A DNA stretch of 34,541 bases from Macrostomum lignano (lineage: Eukaryota): positions 1 to 34,541 of the forward strand of contig NIVC01000569.1 in the NCBI GenBank assembly GCA_002269645.1. Reading direction: 5' to 3'. Shown here one piece after another: positions 23,859 through 34,541 of this stretch (the stretch's first letter is position 1; every line of letters begins with the position of its first letter). The translations under genes were made by a program, and so were the position numbers. Below the pieces are notes generated by a model. The model made no database searches and had not been told where the DNA came from. It saw only the letters and a list, made by a program, of their open reading frames with translations.

Positions 23859-24577
23859 GTTACGACTTTGACGAGGGAAAATGGCACAAAACACACAAAT
23901 TTAACGTAGAATTGACAACGAGAAACAAGAAATATAACAAACAAAATATAGTTAAGAGAAATTGACAGGCAATAACCGAGGGTGAGATTTATAGTGCGTC
24001 CGTAAACAGTTTCATAAATATTAGTAAAATAATATAAAGATAGAACAATAAGTTGCGCATAAACTCCAGCTGTACTCTGCTGCGGTTCAACGATTCTCAG
24101 TGCTAAATTAGTGAATAACAGTTTAAGGATTAAGCGCTTGAATCCAAAGTGCAAACAATTATTAAATACCTTAATTAATAAAAATTTCTGGTTGTAACAA
24201 GAAGACAGGCTGTTCTTAGGGCCACGACAATTGCACTGCTAACAATAAAATAAACAGGATTTATTAGTCCCACACATTTCAGTAAGTAGTACGCGGCAAA
24301 TAATGCCGGACAAAAAGATTAACCAACTGTCTGTTCTTATCAGAAATTTCCATATTTGTATATCATTAAGATAATATACGTGCGGTATTAAGCTGTAACC
24401 AACAACAGAATCGTAATTACAGGTAGAGAGAGAGAAAAGACAAGCAAAAATTGAAACAATGGAATAAAATGGAATAAAATGGTAGTTAGTTTGAGTAAAC
24501 AGTATAATTTTAGGGAAATGTAGTGGCGCGGTGTCCAACAAGTTCTTATAATATTTCATATATTTTCAAAATGACTT

Positions 24578-24583
24578 TTTATT
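24578..24583 (-). promoter_or_regulatory. Candidate polyadenylation signal of the clathrin gene (AATAAA)
   Basis: TTTATT on the plus strand, ~240 nt downstream of the stop codon; position only. Confidence 0.4.
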
Positions 24584-24819
24584 AGGATTTTAATTGACTT
24601 TCGAAGCAATTTTAGATTTTTCGAATAGCTGTTTGTAATCAAATTTAAGCAACAGTTTTAGGCGAACTTAAAGACAAGATTGTACACGACAGGAAATAGA
24701 GATTAAGGGATGCCATTTTCAGAGTCTACTTGTCCAGTCATTATTACTATCACACTACTAAGCATGTTAAGTAGTCAGTTGAGAGAATTTCATTATTGTT
24801 TTTCGAGGAGCCTCTATTA

Positions 24820-24953
24820 TCAGAACTGCTGCGGCATGCCCGGGTAATAGCCGCCCTGATGAGGCGGCGGCGGAGGCTGGTAAGGCGGCATGCCGGCCAC
24901 TCCAGGCGGCATCATCGAGTGCGGAGTGTTGGTGAGCATCAGCATGGGATTGC
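24820..24953 (-). CDS. CLTC: Clathrin heavy chain terminal exon H (SNPMLMLTNTPHSMMPPGVAGMPPYQPPPPPHQGGYYPGMPQQF*)
   Basis: Acceptor CCAACAG|GC is phase-compatible with exon G. Contains an LMLT motif and the Pro/Gly/Tyr-rich tail typical of CHC C-termini. Ends TGA TAA TAG. Confidence 0.85.
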
Positions 24954-25576
24954 CTGTTGGGGATGGAATTGGCATACATTAATTAATAAATCAAGTCATA
25001 ATAGTCAACCATAGAACAAAAAACCGACACTGAAAAAAGAAAACCGCGAAGCAAAAAGACTGATGGCACTTTATAAAAAATAAGTTAATTGAATAGCAGA
25101 TGCTGGAATAATTTGGAAATTTTCTATCGTATTGAAGATTTAGCAGAAAGTCCCGTCAGGACTGAAATAAGAGTGTAGGATGCGCTATTCTATTTAGGGC
25201 AAGCAAAAAGTTTCAGTAAGTTTCAGTTCTTTACCGTAAAAAAGCATAAAAGTCCACTTTTATGCTACTTTTAACTCAGTAGTATGATCTCTACTTCCTC
25301 CCGACTTCCTATTGGCTCATTTATCTCTGCCTGTCGCTACCCGCACTAATAACGAAATGTGACACGTGACTCTATCTTGATACAATCTTAAAATTGCTCA
25401 ACTCACTGGCTCGAATAACTATTCGTAGATGTGTCAACTCGCAAATAAAATTGTTAAAAAGTAGAGCGTCTCCATTTTTAGTGGTTTGTCCGCGCAGTGT
25501 GTTTAAACTAGAGGTACAGAAGTGAAAGCAAGAACTGGACAAATCTCAGTCTTAGGGATACGGACTCAATCAAGTT

Positions 25577-26010
25577 CAGCCAATAAGAGAGCAGTAAGGA
25601 GAGAAGTCATAGTTAGATGGACGAAACTCAGCCTGGGGGGGGGGCAGGCCCAATCTGGCTCAGCCAATAAGAGAGTAATAAGGAGAGAAGTCATAGTTAG
25701 ATGGACGAAACTCAGCCTGGGGGGGGGCAGGCCCAATCTGGCTCAGCCAATAAGAGAGTAATAAGGAGAGAAGTCATAGTTAGATGGACGAAACTCAGCC
25801 TGGGGGGCAGGCCCAATCTGGCTCAGCCAATAAGAGAGCAATAAGGAGAGAAGTCATAGTTAGATGGACGAAACTCAGCCTGGGGGGGGGGCAGGCCCAA
25901 TCTGGCTCAGCCAATAAGAGAGCAATAAGGAGAGAAGTCATAGTTAGATGGACGAAACTCAGCCTAGGGAGGGCAGGCCCAATCTGGCTCAGCCGATGAG
26001 AGAGTAGTAA
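25577..26010. repeat. 80-84-bp tandem repeat with a variable G-run, ~5 copies, in the last clathrin intron
   Basis: CAGCC(A/G)AT anchors at 25577, 25661, 25744, 25824, 25908 and 25990. Confidence 0.95.
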
Positions 26011-26582
26011 GAAGAGAGGTCAAAGTCAGGGCCTGTCTGGGACCTAAGGCGCCACGCCACCTCTTTTCTCTCGTGCTCGCTATGTAACACGTACTGCTGG
26101 ATTTTGGTTTTACAAGTTTTCCTCCAATCTTGCTGCTGCTAATGAATGAAGAGTAGTATACAAAAAATTACAATAAATAAAAAAGCTGTGAACGGAGCAG
26201 AACCCAACCAGAAAAAAACCCTTATAGAAACGTATAAAAATTAACTAAAAACCGGCACAGGCGCAGTGTTGGATTATTTACTCGAATTGCTGCCGCTAAA
26301 CATAGAGGAAGGCATCTGAGGAGATAATCCTTGATGAAACTGGGGACCGGCACCCCAGCACAGTGCCGGCTGGTTCAAGTCTTGGATTATCAGACAAGGA
26401 TAAACGATTAATGTCATTGAATTTGTAAACGAATATCGTTTGAATTAAAATAAACGATCAAAAGTGCTATAAGTAACGATTCGTTTAATAAAATCGATGT
26501 TTTGACATAATCCAAAGTTTTCGAGAATGGGGATTATAAACATCTATGGAGTCTAAAGATGAGAACGCTGACTGGACACTCC

Positions 26583-27497
26583 TGTAACCTACAGGGGAAT
26601 TTAATCTACAGGGGAATGTAACCTAAAGGGGAATTTAATCTACAGGGGAATTTAATCTACAGGGGAATGTAACCTACAGGGGAATGTAACCTACAGGGGA
26701 ATCTAACCTACAGGGGAATTTAATCTACAGGGGAATGTAACCTACAGGGGAATTTAATCTACAGGGGAATGTAACATACAGGGGAATTTAATCTACAGGG
26801 GAATTTAATCTACAGCGGAATGTAACCTACAGGGGAATGTAACCTACAGGGGAATGTAACATACAGGGGAATTTAATCTACAGGGGAATGTAACATACAG
26901 GGGAATGTAACCTACAGGGGAATGTAACCTACAGGGGAATGTAACCTACAGGGGAATTTAATCTACAGGGGAATGTAACATACAGGGGAATTTAATGTAC
27001 AGGGGAATATAACATACAGGGGAATGTAACCTACAGGGAATGTAACCTATAGGGTAATGTAACCTACAGGAAAATGTAACCTACAGGGGAATGTAACCTA
27101 CCTAACAGGGGAATGTAACCTACGGGGGAATGTAACCTACAGAGGAATGTAACCTACAGGGGAATGTAACCTAACAGGGGAATGTAACCTAACAGGGGAA
27201 TGTAACCTACAGGGGAATGTAACCTACAGGGGAATGTAACCTACAGGGGAATGTAACCTAACAGGGGAATGTAACCTACAGGGGAATGTAACCTAACAGG
27301 GGAATGTAACCTACAGGGGAATGAAACCTACAGGGGAATGTAACCTAACAGGGGAATGTAACCTACAGGGGAATGTAACCTACAGGGGAATGTAACCTAA
27401 CAGGGGAATGTAACCTAACAGGGGAATGTAACCTACAGGGGAATGTAACCTACAGGGGAATGTAACCTACAGGGGAATGTAACCTACAAGGGAATTC
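26583..27497. repeat. 17-bp minisatellite (ACCTACAGGGGAATGTA), ~53 copies, starting ~10 nt from the exon G donor
   Basis: Direct reading. Confidence 0.97.
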
Positions 27498-27506
27498 CGC
27501 ACTTAC

Positions 27507-28146
27507 TCGGCATCACAATCGGGTTGCTACCGCTGTCGGCTTTCTCGTCGCTCTCAGCTCGCACAGCCTCGGCCTGCTCGAGCCGCTCCAGCCGAGCCTG
27601 GTACTCAGCCATGACCTGCACCAGATAGGGCATCGTATAGTCCATGAGGTTGTACCGCCAGGCCAGCTCCATCACCTTGTCCGGCTTGAGTAAATCGTAG
27701 CACTGGTACAGACAGGCGCAGAAGCACTCGGTGAGCTTCTCATCGAGGAACCACTGCAGCAGGGCGGCGGCAAGTTCGGAGTCGCGAGAGTCGGCAGCGA
27801 ACTGCATGGCATCCTTGTACAGCCGGTCCCGCTTGCACAGCTCGATGCTCTGGCTGAACCGGTTGTTGCCCTTGTACAGGAAAGCGGCAATGCGCCTGAA
27901 TTCCAGCAGCTCGTGCTTTTCGCACTTCTGCGCTAGGCCGATGTTGTCGAAATTGTTGAATGCCTCGATGCTGGCGCGAAGGCTCTGGTAGTCTTCCTCG
28001 TCGATGTACAGACTGTTCAGGGCTTCGTTGATGTGCTTGTTGTTGTTCTGCTGCACCGCTTTGAGGTAGGGCTTCACCATGGCGATCTTGCCCTCCTTAG
28101 AGAAGAAGCTCACCGTGCGGGTGTGGTCCAGGCGTGGGATCAGCAC
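27507..28146 (-). CDS. CLTC: Clathrin heavy chain exon G ([12 protein letters not shown]...SGSNPIVMP), 640 nt, ends in phase 1
   Basis: Contains [38 protein letters not shown] (proximal leg/trimerisation region). Acceptor CCCAG|GTG; donor CCGA|GTAAGT. Confidence 0.97.
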
Positions 28147-28199
28147 CTGGGATGGTTGGGTTGGGCATGCGGCACACGCTTAGTCCTCACTGAGGACCC

Positions 28200-28323
28200 A
28201 CTGACTGACTGACTGATAGACACAGACACACACAGAAAGAGACAGACACAGCGACAGACAGACAGACAGGCAGACAGACACTAGGACAGACAGACAGACA
28301 CTAGGAGGACAGACAGACACTAG

Positions 28324-28413
<90 letters not shown>

Positions 28414-28478
28414 TAGACAGACAGACAGACAGATAGACAGACAGACAGACAGGCAGACAGACAGGCAGACAGACAGGC

Positions 28479-28529
<51 letters not shown>

Positions 28530-28615
28530 GACAGACAGACAGACAGGCACAGACAGACAGACAGACAGACAGACAGAGACAGACAGACAGACAGACAGAC
28601 AACCAGACACAGACA
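28200..28615. repeat. (GACA)n microsatellite filling intron F-G
   Basis: Direct reading. Confidence 0.97.
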
Positions 28616-28640
28616 TGAAATTCATTACAGGCGGACTCAC

Positions 28641-29147
28641 CTGCAGCAGGTCATTGAGCAGCAGAGGCTTAAAGTCCAGATAGAACTTTATAGCCTTGTA
28701 ATAGATTTCGATATTAGCGCACTTGGAGATCATCTCCTTAAAGAAGGACTCTCGCCAGGCCTCGGTGGGATGCTTCATCATAGTGAGTATGGCATTGTCG
28801 AATTCTTCATATTTCTCGTATAGAAACACGAGTTCGGACCACAGGTGGGCCTGCTCGGCGGCGCGCAGCACCTTGGGAATGTTGATGCGGGACCAGAACA
28901 GCTCCAGGTGCTCCTTGAGCTTGGCTGGCCGGTACTTGCTGTACAGAATGGCCAGCTCGGTGAACAATCCCATGTGGGCGCGGTCGAGCCCGAGGCCGGC
29001 CTCGAACAGGGAGATGAGCTCGTTGAACAGGCCCCTGGTCTGGTAGAAGTTGATCAGCTCCTCGAGCTCGTCAGCGTGTATGATGATGTTCAGGCCGCAG
29101 ATCTGGGCTAGGCGATATTCCTGGCTCTCTAGGCAAGAGAAGCACAC
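28641..29147 (-). CDS. CLTC: Clathrin heavy chain exon F ([19 protein letters not shown]...PLLLNDLLQ), 507 nt
   Basis: Contains [19 protein letters not shown] and [26 protein letters not shown]. Acceptor TCCAG|GTG; donor CAG|GTGAGT. Confidence 0.97.
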
Positions 29148-29271
29148 CTGGATAATGATGACGAGGTGGGGGGGGGAGTTTATAGGATGGTAAAAAGTTG
29201 TGGTTGATATTGTGATTAACTGGGATATATGAGATACAGTTTGGAATCGTTCAGCTTAATTTGGGATATTT

Positions 29272-30145
29272 CAGCTTATTGGGATCTTTCAGCTTAGTTT
29301 GGGATCTTTCAGCTTAGTTTGGGATCTTTCAGCTTATTGAGATCTTTCAGCTGAGCTTGGGATCTTTCAGCATAGCTTGGGATCTTTTAACTTAGTTTGG
29401 GATCTTTTTAGCTTATTGGGATCTTTCAGCTGAGCTTGGGATCTTTCAGCTGAGCTTGGGATCTTTCAGCATAGCTTGGGATCTTTTAACTTAGTTTGGG
29501 ATCTTTCAGCTGAGCTTGGGATCTTTCAGCTTAGTTTGGGATCTTTTAGCTTATCTTGGGATCTTTTTGCTTATCTTGGGATCTTTCAGCTTCGTTTGGG
29601 ATCTTTTAGCTTAGCTTGGGATCTTTCAGCATAGTTTGGGATCTTTTAGCTTATCTTGGGATCTTTTTGCTTATCTTGGGATCTTTTAGCTGAGTTTGGG
29701 ATATTTTAGCTGAGCTTGGGATCTTTCAGCATAGTTTGGGATCTTTTAACTTAGTGTGGGATCGTTCAGCTTTGTTTGGGATCTTTTAGCTTATCTTGGG
29801 ATCTTTTTGCTTATCTTGGGATCTTTTAGCTGAGTTTGGGATATTTTAGCTGAGCTTGGGATCTTTCAGCATAGTTTGGGATCTTTTAACTTAGTGTGGG
29901 ATCTTTCAGCTTTGTTTGGGATCTTTTAGCTTATCTTGGGATCTTTTTGCTTATCTTGGGATATTTTAGCTGAGTTTGGGATCTTTTAACTTAGTGTGGG
30001 ATCTTTCAGCTTAATTTGGGATCTTTCAGCTTTGTTTGGGATCTTTCAGCTTATTGGGACCTTTTTGCTTATCTTGGGATCTTTTAGCTTAGCTTGGGAT
30101 CTTTTAACTTAGTGTGGGATCTTTCAGCTTTGTTTGGGATCTTAC
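29272..30145. repeat. 20-bp minisatellite (GGGATCTTTCAGCTTAGTTT) filling intron E-F
   Basis: Direct reading. Confidence 0.97.
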
Positions 30146-30232
30146 AGCTAAAATGGAGTTTTCTAGCAAGTAAAAAAGCTGCTGGCTATTGAATTATGTA
30201 AAACAATTTTCATCGTGTAGACAATGACTCGC

Positions 30233-30748
30233 CTCTTTCCAAGTTTTTGTAGAATTAGCCTTCCTAGCGGACTCGACGGCGCTCTGGAACTCGCCCAGTT
30301 TAACCTGGGTGATGGCCAGCCTAGCGTAATTAGACACGTTGCTATAAAGAATCTTGGCGGCCTCGTACATCTCCTGGTCGAAGCACCTATCGGCAACTTC
30401 GGCAATTTTTGCGTGATTAGGCGAGTTGATGTACTCTTCCATGTCCGCTAGGCGACCGGTTTTGGCGTAGGCAAACACCAGCTCGGTCTCGATGAAGGAC
30501 TCCTTGGCCTTTTTGCGAGCCATGAGCAGGAACTTTACTAGGTCTTCCCAGTGCCCGGTCTCGCCGGCAACTCGAACAACGTCCACATAGCAACTGGGAT
30601 CGTTGGCCTTGATGAAGCTGTCAATGGCCTCTTTGACGAAGCCTTCTTCGAGTTGAGCGCTGGCTAGCTGGGACCACACTGCCGGCTCGTTGCACTTCTC
30701 GGCAAATTCGTAGGCTCGATCGAGGTTGCGGATGTGCTCGATTAGCAC
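30233..30748 (-). CDS. CLTC: Clathrin heavy chain exon E ([19 protein letters not shown]...[12 protein letters not shown]), 516 nt
   Basis: Intact CHC frame. Acceptor CTCACAG|GTG. Similarity ends at WKE, followed by a GC donor, GAG|GCGAGT. Confidence 0.95.
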
Positions 30749-31010
30749 CTGTGAGAAGCGAATTTTATCGGGGCGGGTTTGGTTGCTATGCGGATGTGCT
30801 CGATTAGCACCTGTGAGATTCGAACTTAACTGGGGGTTTAGTTGCTATATAACGGATGTGCTCGATTAGCACCTGTGAGACTGCGGAATTGATTGGGAGG
30901 TTAGTTGGGATGCGGATGTGCTCGATTAGCACCTGTGGGGACGAGTATTCGATTTGGGGTTTAGTTGTTATGCGGATGCGCTCGATTAGCACTTGTGGGG
31001 ACGCGGATTC
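30728..31010 (-). repeat. 60-62-bp tandem repeat made of the 3' splice site plus the first 21 nt of exon E (5 copies including the real junction)
   Basis: GTGCTAATCGAGCACATCCGC at 30728-30748, 30790-30810, 30852-30872, 30912-30932 and 30972-30992, each preceded by CACAG (CACAA in the last). Confidence 0.95.
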
Positions 31011-31054
31011 GTTTAGGAGTTTATCCAAATATAATCGTCCAATTAATAACGCAC

Positions 31055-31384
31055 CTTAATGGCGCTCTCGTTAACTTCAAATTTCTTGAATACGGCGAAA
31101 GCCTCCTCAAACAGCTGATTGCTGATGGCAATCTGGGCAATCTCAGGTGCGTCGAAGTTCTCCAGCTTAGTGATGTACTCCATGACCCGATTGCGGTCGG
31201 CTTTGATGGCGGTGAGGATCAGTAGGTTCTGCAGATTGCGATGATCCGAGAACACCGTATTGTCCAGCACAATTTTTTCCAACAACTCGATAAGCTCGTT
31301 GGGCAGGTCGGCAGCCATGAAGGATTTTACGCTAACGGAGATCTCCTCAGGATCGTTTGTCTCGGAGAGAGCGGTTTGCACCAC
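31055..31384 (-). CDS. CLTC: Clathrin heavy chain exon D ([16 protein letters not shown]...FEVNESAIK), 330 nt
   Basis: Contains [19 protein letters not shown] and [15 protein letters not shown]. Acceptor CCCAG|GTG; donor AAG|GTGCGT. Confidence 0.97.
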
Positions 31385-31422
31385 CTGGGATAGGAATTTT
31401 AACATATTAATTATCCAGACTG

Positions 31423-31803
31423 ATTATAATTAGCCTCGCTAACACAGCAATTAGCCTTGGCTGTTTATCATTTATAATTAGCCTCGCTAACACAGCAATT
31501 AGCCATAGCTGTTTATCATTATAATTAGCCTCGCTAACACAGCAATTAGCCATAGCTGTTTATCATTTATAACTAGCCTCGCTAACACAGCAATTAGCCT
31601 TGGCTGTTTATCATTTATAATTAGCCTCGCTAACACAGCAATTAGCCATAGCTGTTTATCATTTATAACTAGCCTCGCTAACACAGCAATTAGCCTTGGC
31701 TGTTTATCATTTATAATTAGCCTCGCTAACACAGCAATTAGCCATAGCTGTTTATCATTTATAACTAGCCTCGCTAACACAGCAATTAGCCTTGGCTGTT
31801 TAT
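31423..31803. repeat. 48-bp minisatellite filling intron C-D, ~8 copies
   Basis: Unit TTATAATTAGCCTCGCTAACACAGCAATTAGCC(TTG/ATA)GCTGTTTATCAT, with alternating variants. Confidence 0.95.
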
Positions 31804-31949
31804 CCTACGTAATAATTAAAACCCCTTGCGAAATAATTACCTTTACTTTCACATTACTGAACCTCGAATGCTAATTAATTCAGCCTAAATAAAAACTAGC
31901 TTTTTAAATGTGTGAATTAGATTAGCGATTCATTAACAGCTGTACAGAC

Positions 31950-32450
31950 CTGATCAATCAGCTGCCTCCGATAGACGTTGTCCTCCTGCAGCACGCGGGC
32001 CCACAGAGCCTCATCCTTGCGCTTAACCAGATACCTGGCCTGCGATTTGAACAGAGAATTCTCGTTGCACACTCGGATGAGGTCGTCGTCGCACTGGCCC
32101 CGCTCGTAGGCGATACAGGACAGGTGAGGGTCGCGCTTCTCAGTGTACTTGCCAATCACCCGGGAATCGTAGAACCGGTTCTCCCTGAGGAACCGCTCCG
32201 GATTGTTATTAGCGTCGATGTAGATCTTGGCCAGGGCATTGTGCGTGGCCGGCTCCTCCGAGCCCTCATGCACCCGGTGCTCCAGCCAGGGTAGCAGCAG
32301 TTTCAATCGGTTGCGCTTCTCCACTTCGGCAACGAGTTCGTCCGTTGAGAATTGGCCGCGAACAACCAGGATGAGCTGCTTGATCACGTCTTCGGCGCAG
32401 TCGACGTCCAGTAGGCCGCCCACTACTACCGGAAGACGGCTTGGGTTCAC
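31950..32450 (-). CDS. CLTC: Clathrin heavy chain exon C ([18 protein letters not shown]...RRQLIDQ), 501 nt
   Basis: Intact frame with strong similarity to CHC repeats. Acceptor CGCAG|GTG; donor CAG|GTCTGT. Confidence 0.97.
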
Positions 32451-32479
32451 CTGCGACAGGTATTGTGAGAATTATGGAG

Positions 32480-33110
32480 ATTATTCTCAAGGTGAAATAG
32501 AGGACGATTCTTAAGGTGAGATAGAGGATGATTCTCAAGGAAAATATAGAGGATATTCTAAAGGAAGATGGGGCGATTCTCCAGGGGAGATTGAAGACGA
32601 TTCTCAAGGGGAGATAAAGGGCGATTCTCAAGGGGAGATAAAGGGCGATTCTCAAGGGGAGATGAAGGGCGATTCTCAAGGGGAGATGAAGGGCGATTCT
32701 CAAGGGGAGATGGAGGGCGATTCTCAAGGGAGATGGAGGGCGATTCTCAAGGGAGATGAAGGGCGATTCTCAAGGGGAGATGGAGGGCGATTCTCAAGGG
32801 GAGATGAAGGGCGATTCTCAAGGGGAGATGAAGGGCGATTCTCAAGGGGAGATGAAGGGCGATTCTCAAGGTGAGATGGAGGGCGATTCTCAAGGGGAGA
32901 TGAAGGGCGATTCTCAAGGGGAGATTGAAGACGATTCTCAAGGGGAGATGAAGGGCGATTCTCAAGGGGAGATGAAGGGCGATTCTCAAGGGGAGATGAA
33001 GGGCGATTCTCAAGGGAGATGGAGGGCGATTCTCAAGGGGAGATGAAGGGCGATTCTCAAGGGGAGATGGAGGGCGATTCTCAAGAGGAGATGGAGAGCG
33101 ACTCTCAAAA
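32480..33110. repeat. 24-bp minisatellite (GGGCGATTCTCAAGGGGAGATGAA) filling intron B-C
   Basis: Direct reading; degenerate toward the exon C side. Confidence 0.97.
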
Positions 33111-33159
33111 AGAAATGAATGACTTCGGAAGTTAATTTACAGCTAAAGAGCGATTCTTA

Positions 33160-33553
<394 letters not shown>

Positions 33554-33949
33554 CTGGGTAATAGTGGAGGATGAGGGATTAGTCTATTTTTAGTTATCGT
33601 TTTAACTACTTTCCATTCAGTAGCAAGCACAGAAAGTGGTAACTATTTTTTGCCTAGGGCAAACTAAATTTGCAAAATCGATTTTAGAAGAGTCACGTGA
33701 TATCAGTGCAGGCACAGTGTACATCAGTCAGCGTGGCAGATAATGTACATGGCGACAAAAACCTCTCCCCAGCCAAGGGGCGAGCGATAAGGTGGGGCAA
33801 TAAAATGGGGACAGAGAAGCGACAGGCCGCAGAGTTTGCTTGGAATGGCGCGAACGATAAGCAGATAAATGAGCCTATAGGTCGGAGGGAGAAGAGATCA
33901 TACTACTGACTGGTCAGTAGCACCACAGCGAACACGATGACATATTTAC

Positions 33950-34465
33950 CTGCAGATTCTGTCTAATATTAGCCTGCAGCATAGCTTTCAAGCATTCAGC
34001 GAGTCGTCAACGCTCAGATTGCCAAAGTAGTTGACCAGCCACTCCGGGTTGAGCATGTGGGTGTGCACCACGGCCCGCTTGATGTCGTACAGGTCCGTGT
34101 AGTGCTCCAGCGCCCGCTGCAACAGGCCAGCCTTCTCGCACAGGCTGGCAACGTGAGCCTTGTCGTAGTGCGAGAACATCTGGTTGCCAAGGATGGCGTC
34201 GGCCACTGAGGCGCGGACATGAGGTTCATCTCTAGCAGGCGAGTCTGCAGGTGACCCTCGCTAGCCGATTGTTCTTCAGAGCGTCTAGCAAGAAGCTGGT
34301 GCACTGTTGCACTAGATTCTGCTCCATGAAGACGTCAACAATGAGGCTGATATCGGCCAGCGGTTCGTCGTCTTGGACCAGCATCTGGGCGAACTGCAGG
34401 CCCTGCTCGTGGTTGATGCGCATCAGGTTGCGCAGCAGGAAGATGTAGTCGGGCGAATAGCCGAC
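33950..34465 (-). CDS. CLTC: Clathrin heavy chain, internal exon A ([16 protein letters not shown]...ANIRQNLQ); three apparent 1-bp deletions
   Basis: Translation matches the clathrin heavy chain segment VGY.PD.IFLLRN...[13 protein letters not shown]...[21 protein letters not shown]. Acceptor TTAACAG|GTC at 34466/34465; donor CAG|GTAAAT at 33950/33949. Frame breaks at ~34264, ~34206 and ~33997. Confidence 0.95.
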
Positions 34466-34541
34466 CTGTTAAGAAGGGGGAATGGGGAAAATAATGTTGC
34501 TAATCGAAGCCAAAGCTGCCGTTCAAAATTCATTAACTTAA

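Noticed and set aside
32266-33046. MRIALHLPL / MKGDSQGE repeat ORFs
   Set aside because: 24-bp intronic minisatellite bounded by clathrin splice sites.
82-33110. AGCT/GATC/AATT palindromes in many repeat units
   Set aside because: About one 4-bp palindrome per 20-bp unit is expected by chance.

Overview
Eukaryotic, intron-containing DNA from an invertebrate animal; it is not prokaryotic. The style (GC3-rich exons, introns packed with minisatellites) is reminiscent of the flatworm Macrostomum, but the species cannot be shown from this window. The right third holds the 3' eight exons of a minus-strand clathrin heavy chain gene (34465 down to 24820). Six of its seven complete introns each carry a different tandem repeat, one intron is GC-AG, and one contains five tandem copies of its own 3' splice site plus the exon start. 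The two 5'-most exons carry six 1-bp homopolymer deletions, most likely long-read errors. Also present: an intronless SERF gene (10901-11098, minus); an intronless two-TM orphan ORF (7776/7823-8317, minus); a probable exon at the left edge; a decayed, CpG-depleted tyrosine-recombinase (Crypton-like) element (~15500-16968); a nested stack of insertions next to it (8-bp-TSD MITE > 2-bp-TSD element > tRNA-derived SINE); a 197-bp hAT-type MITE; a foldback element; and about 15 distinct mini/microsatellite arrays. Most long ORFs in the track are repeat artefacts.
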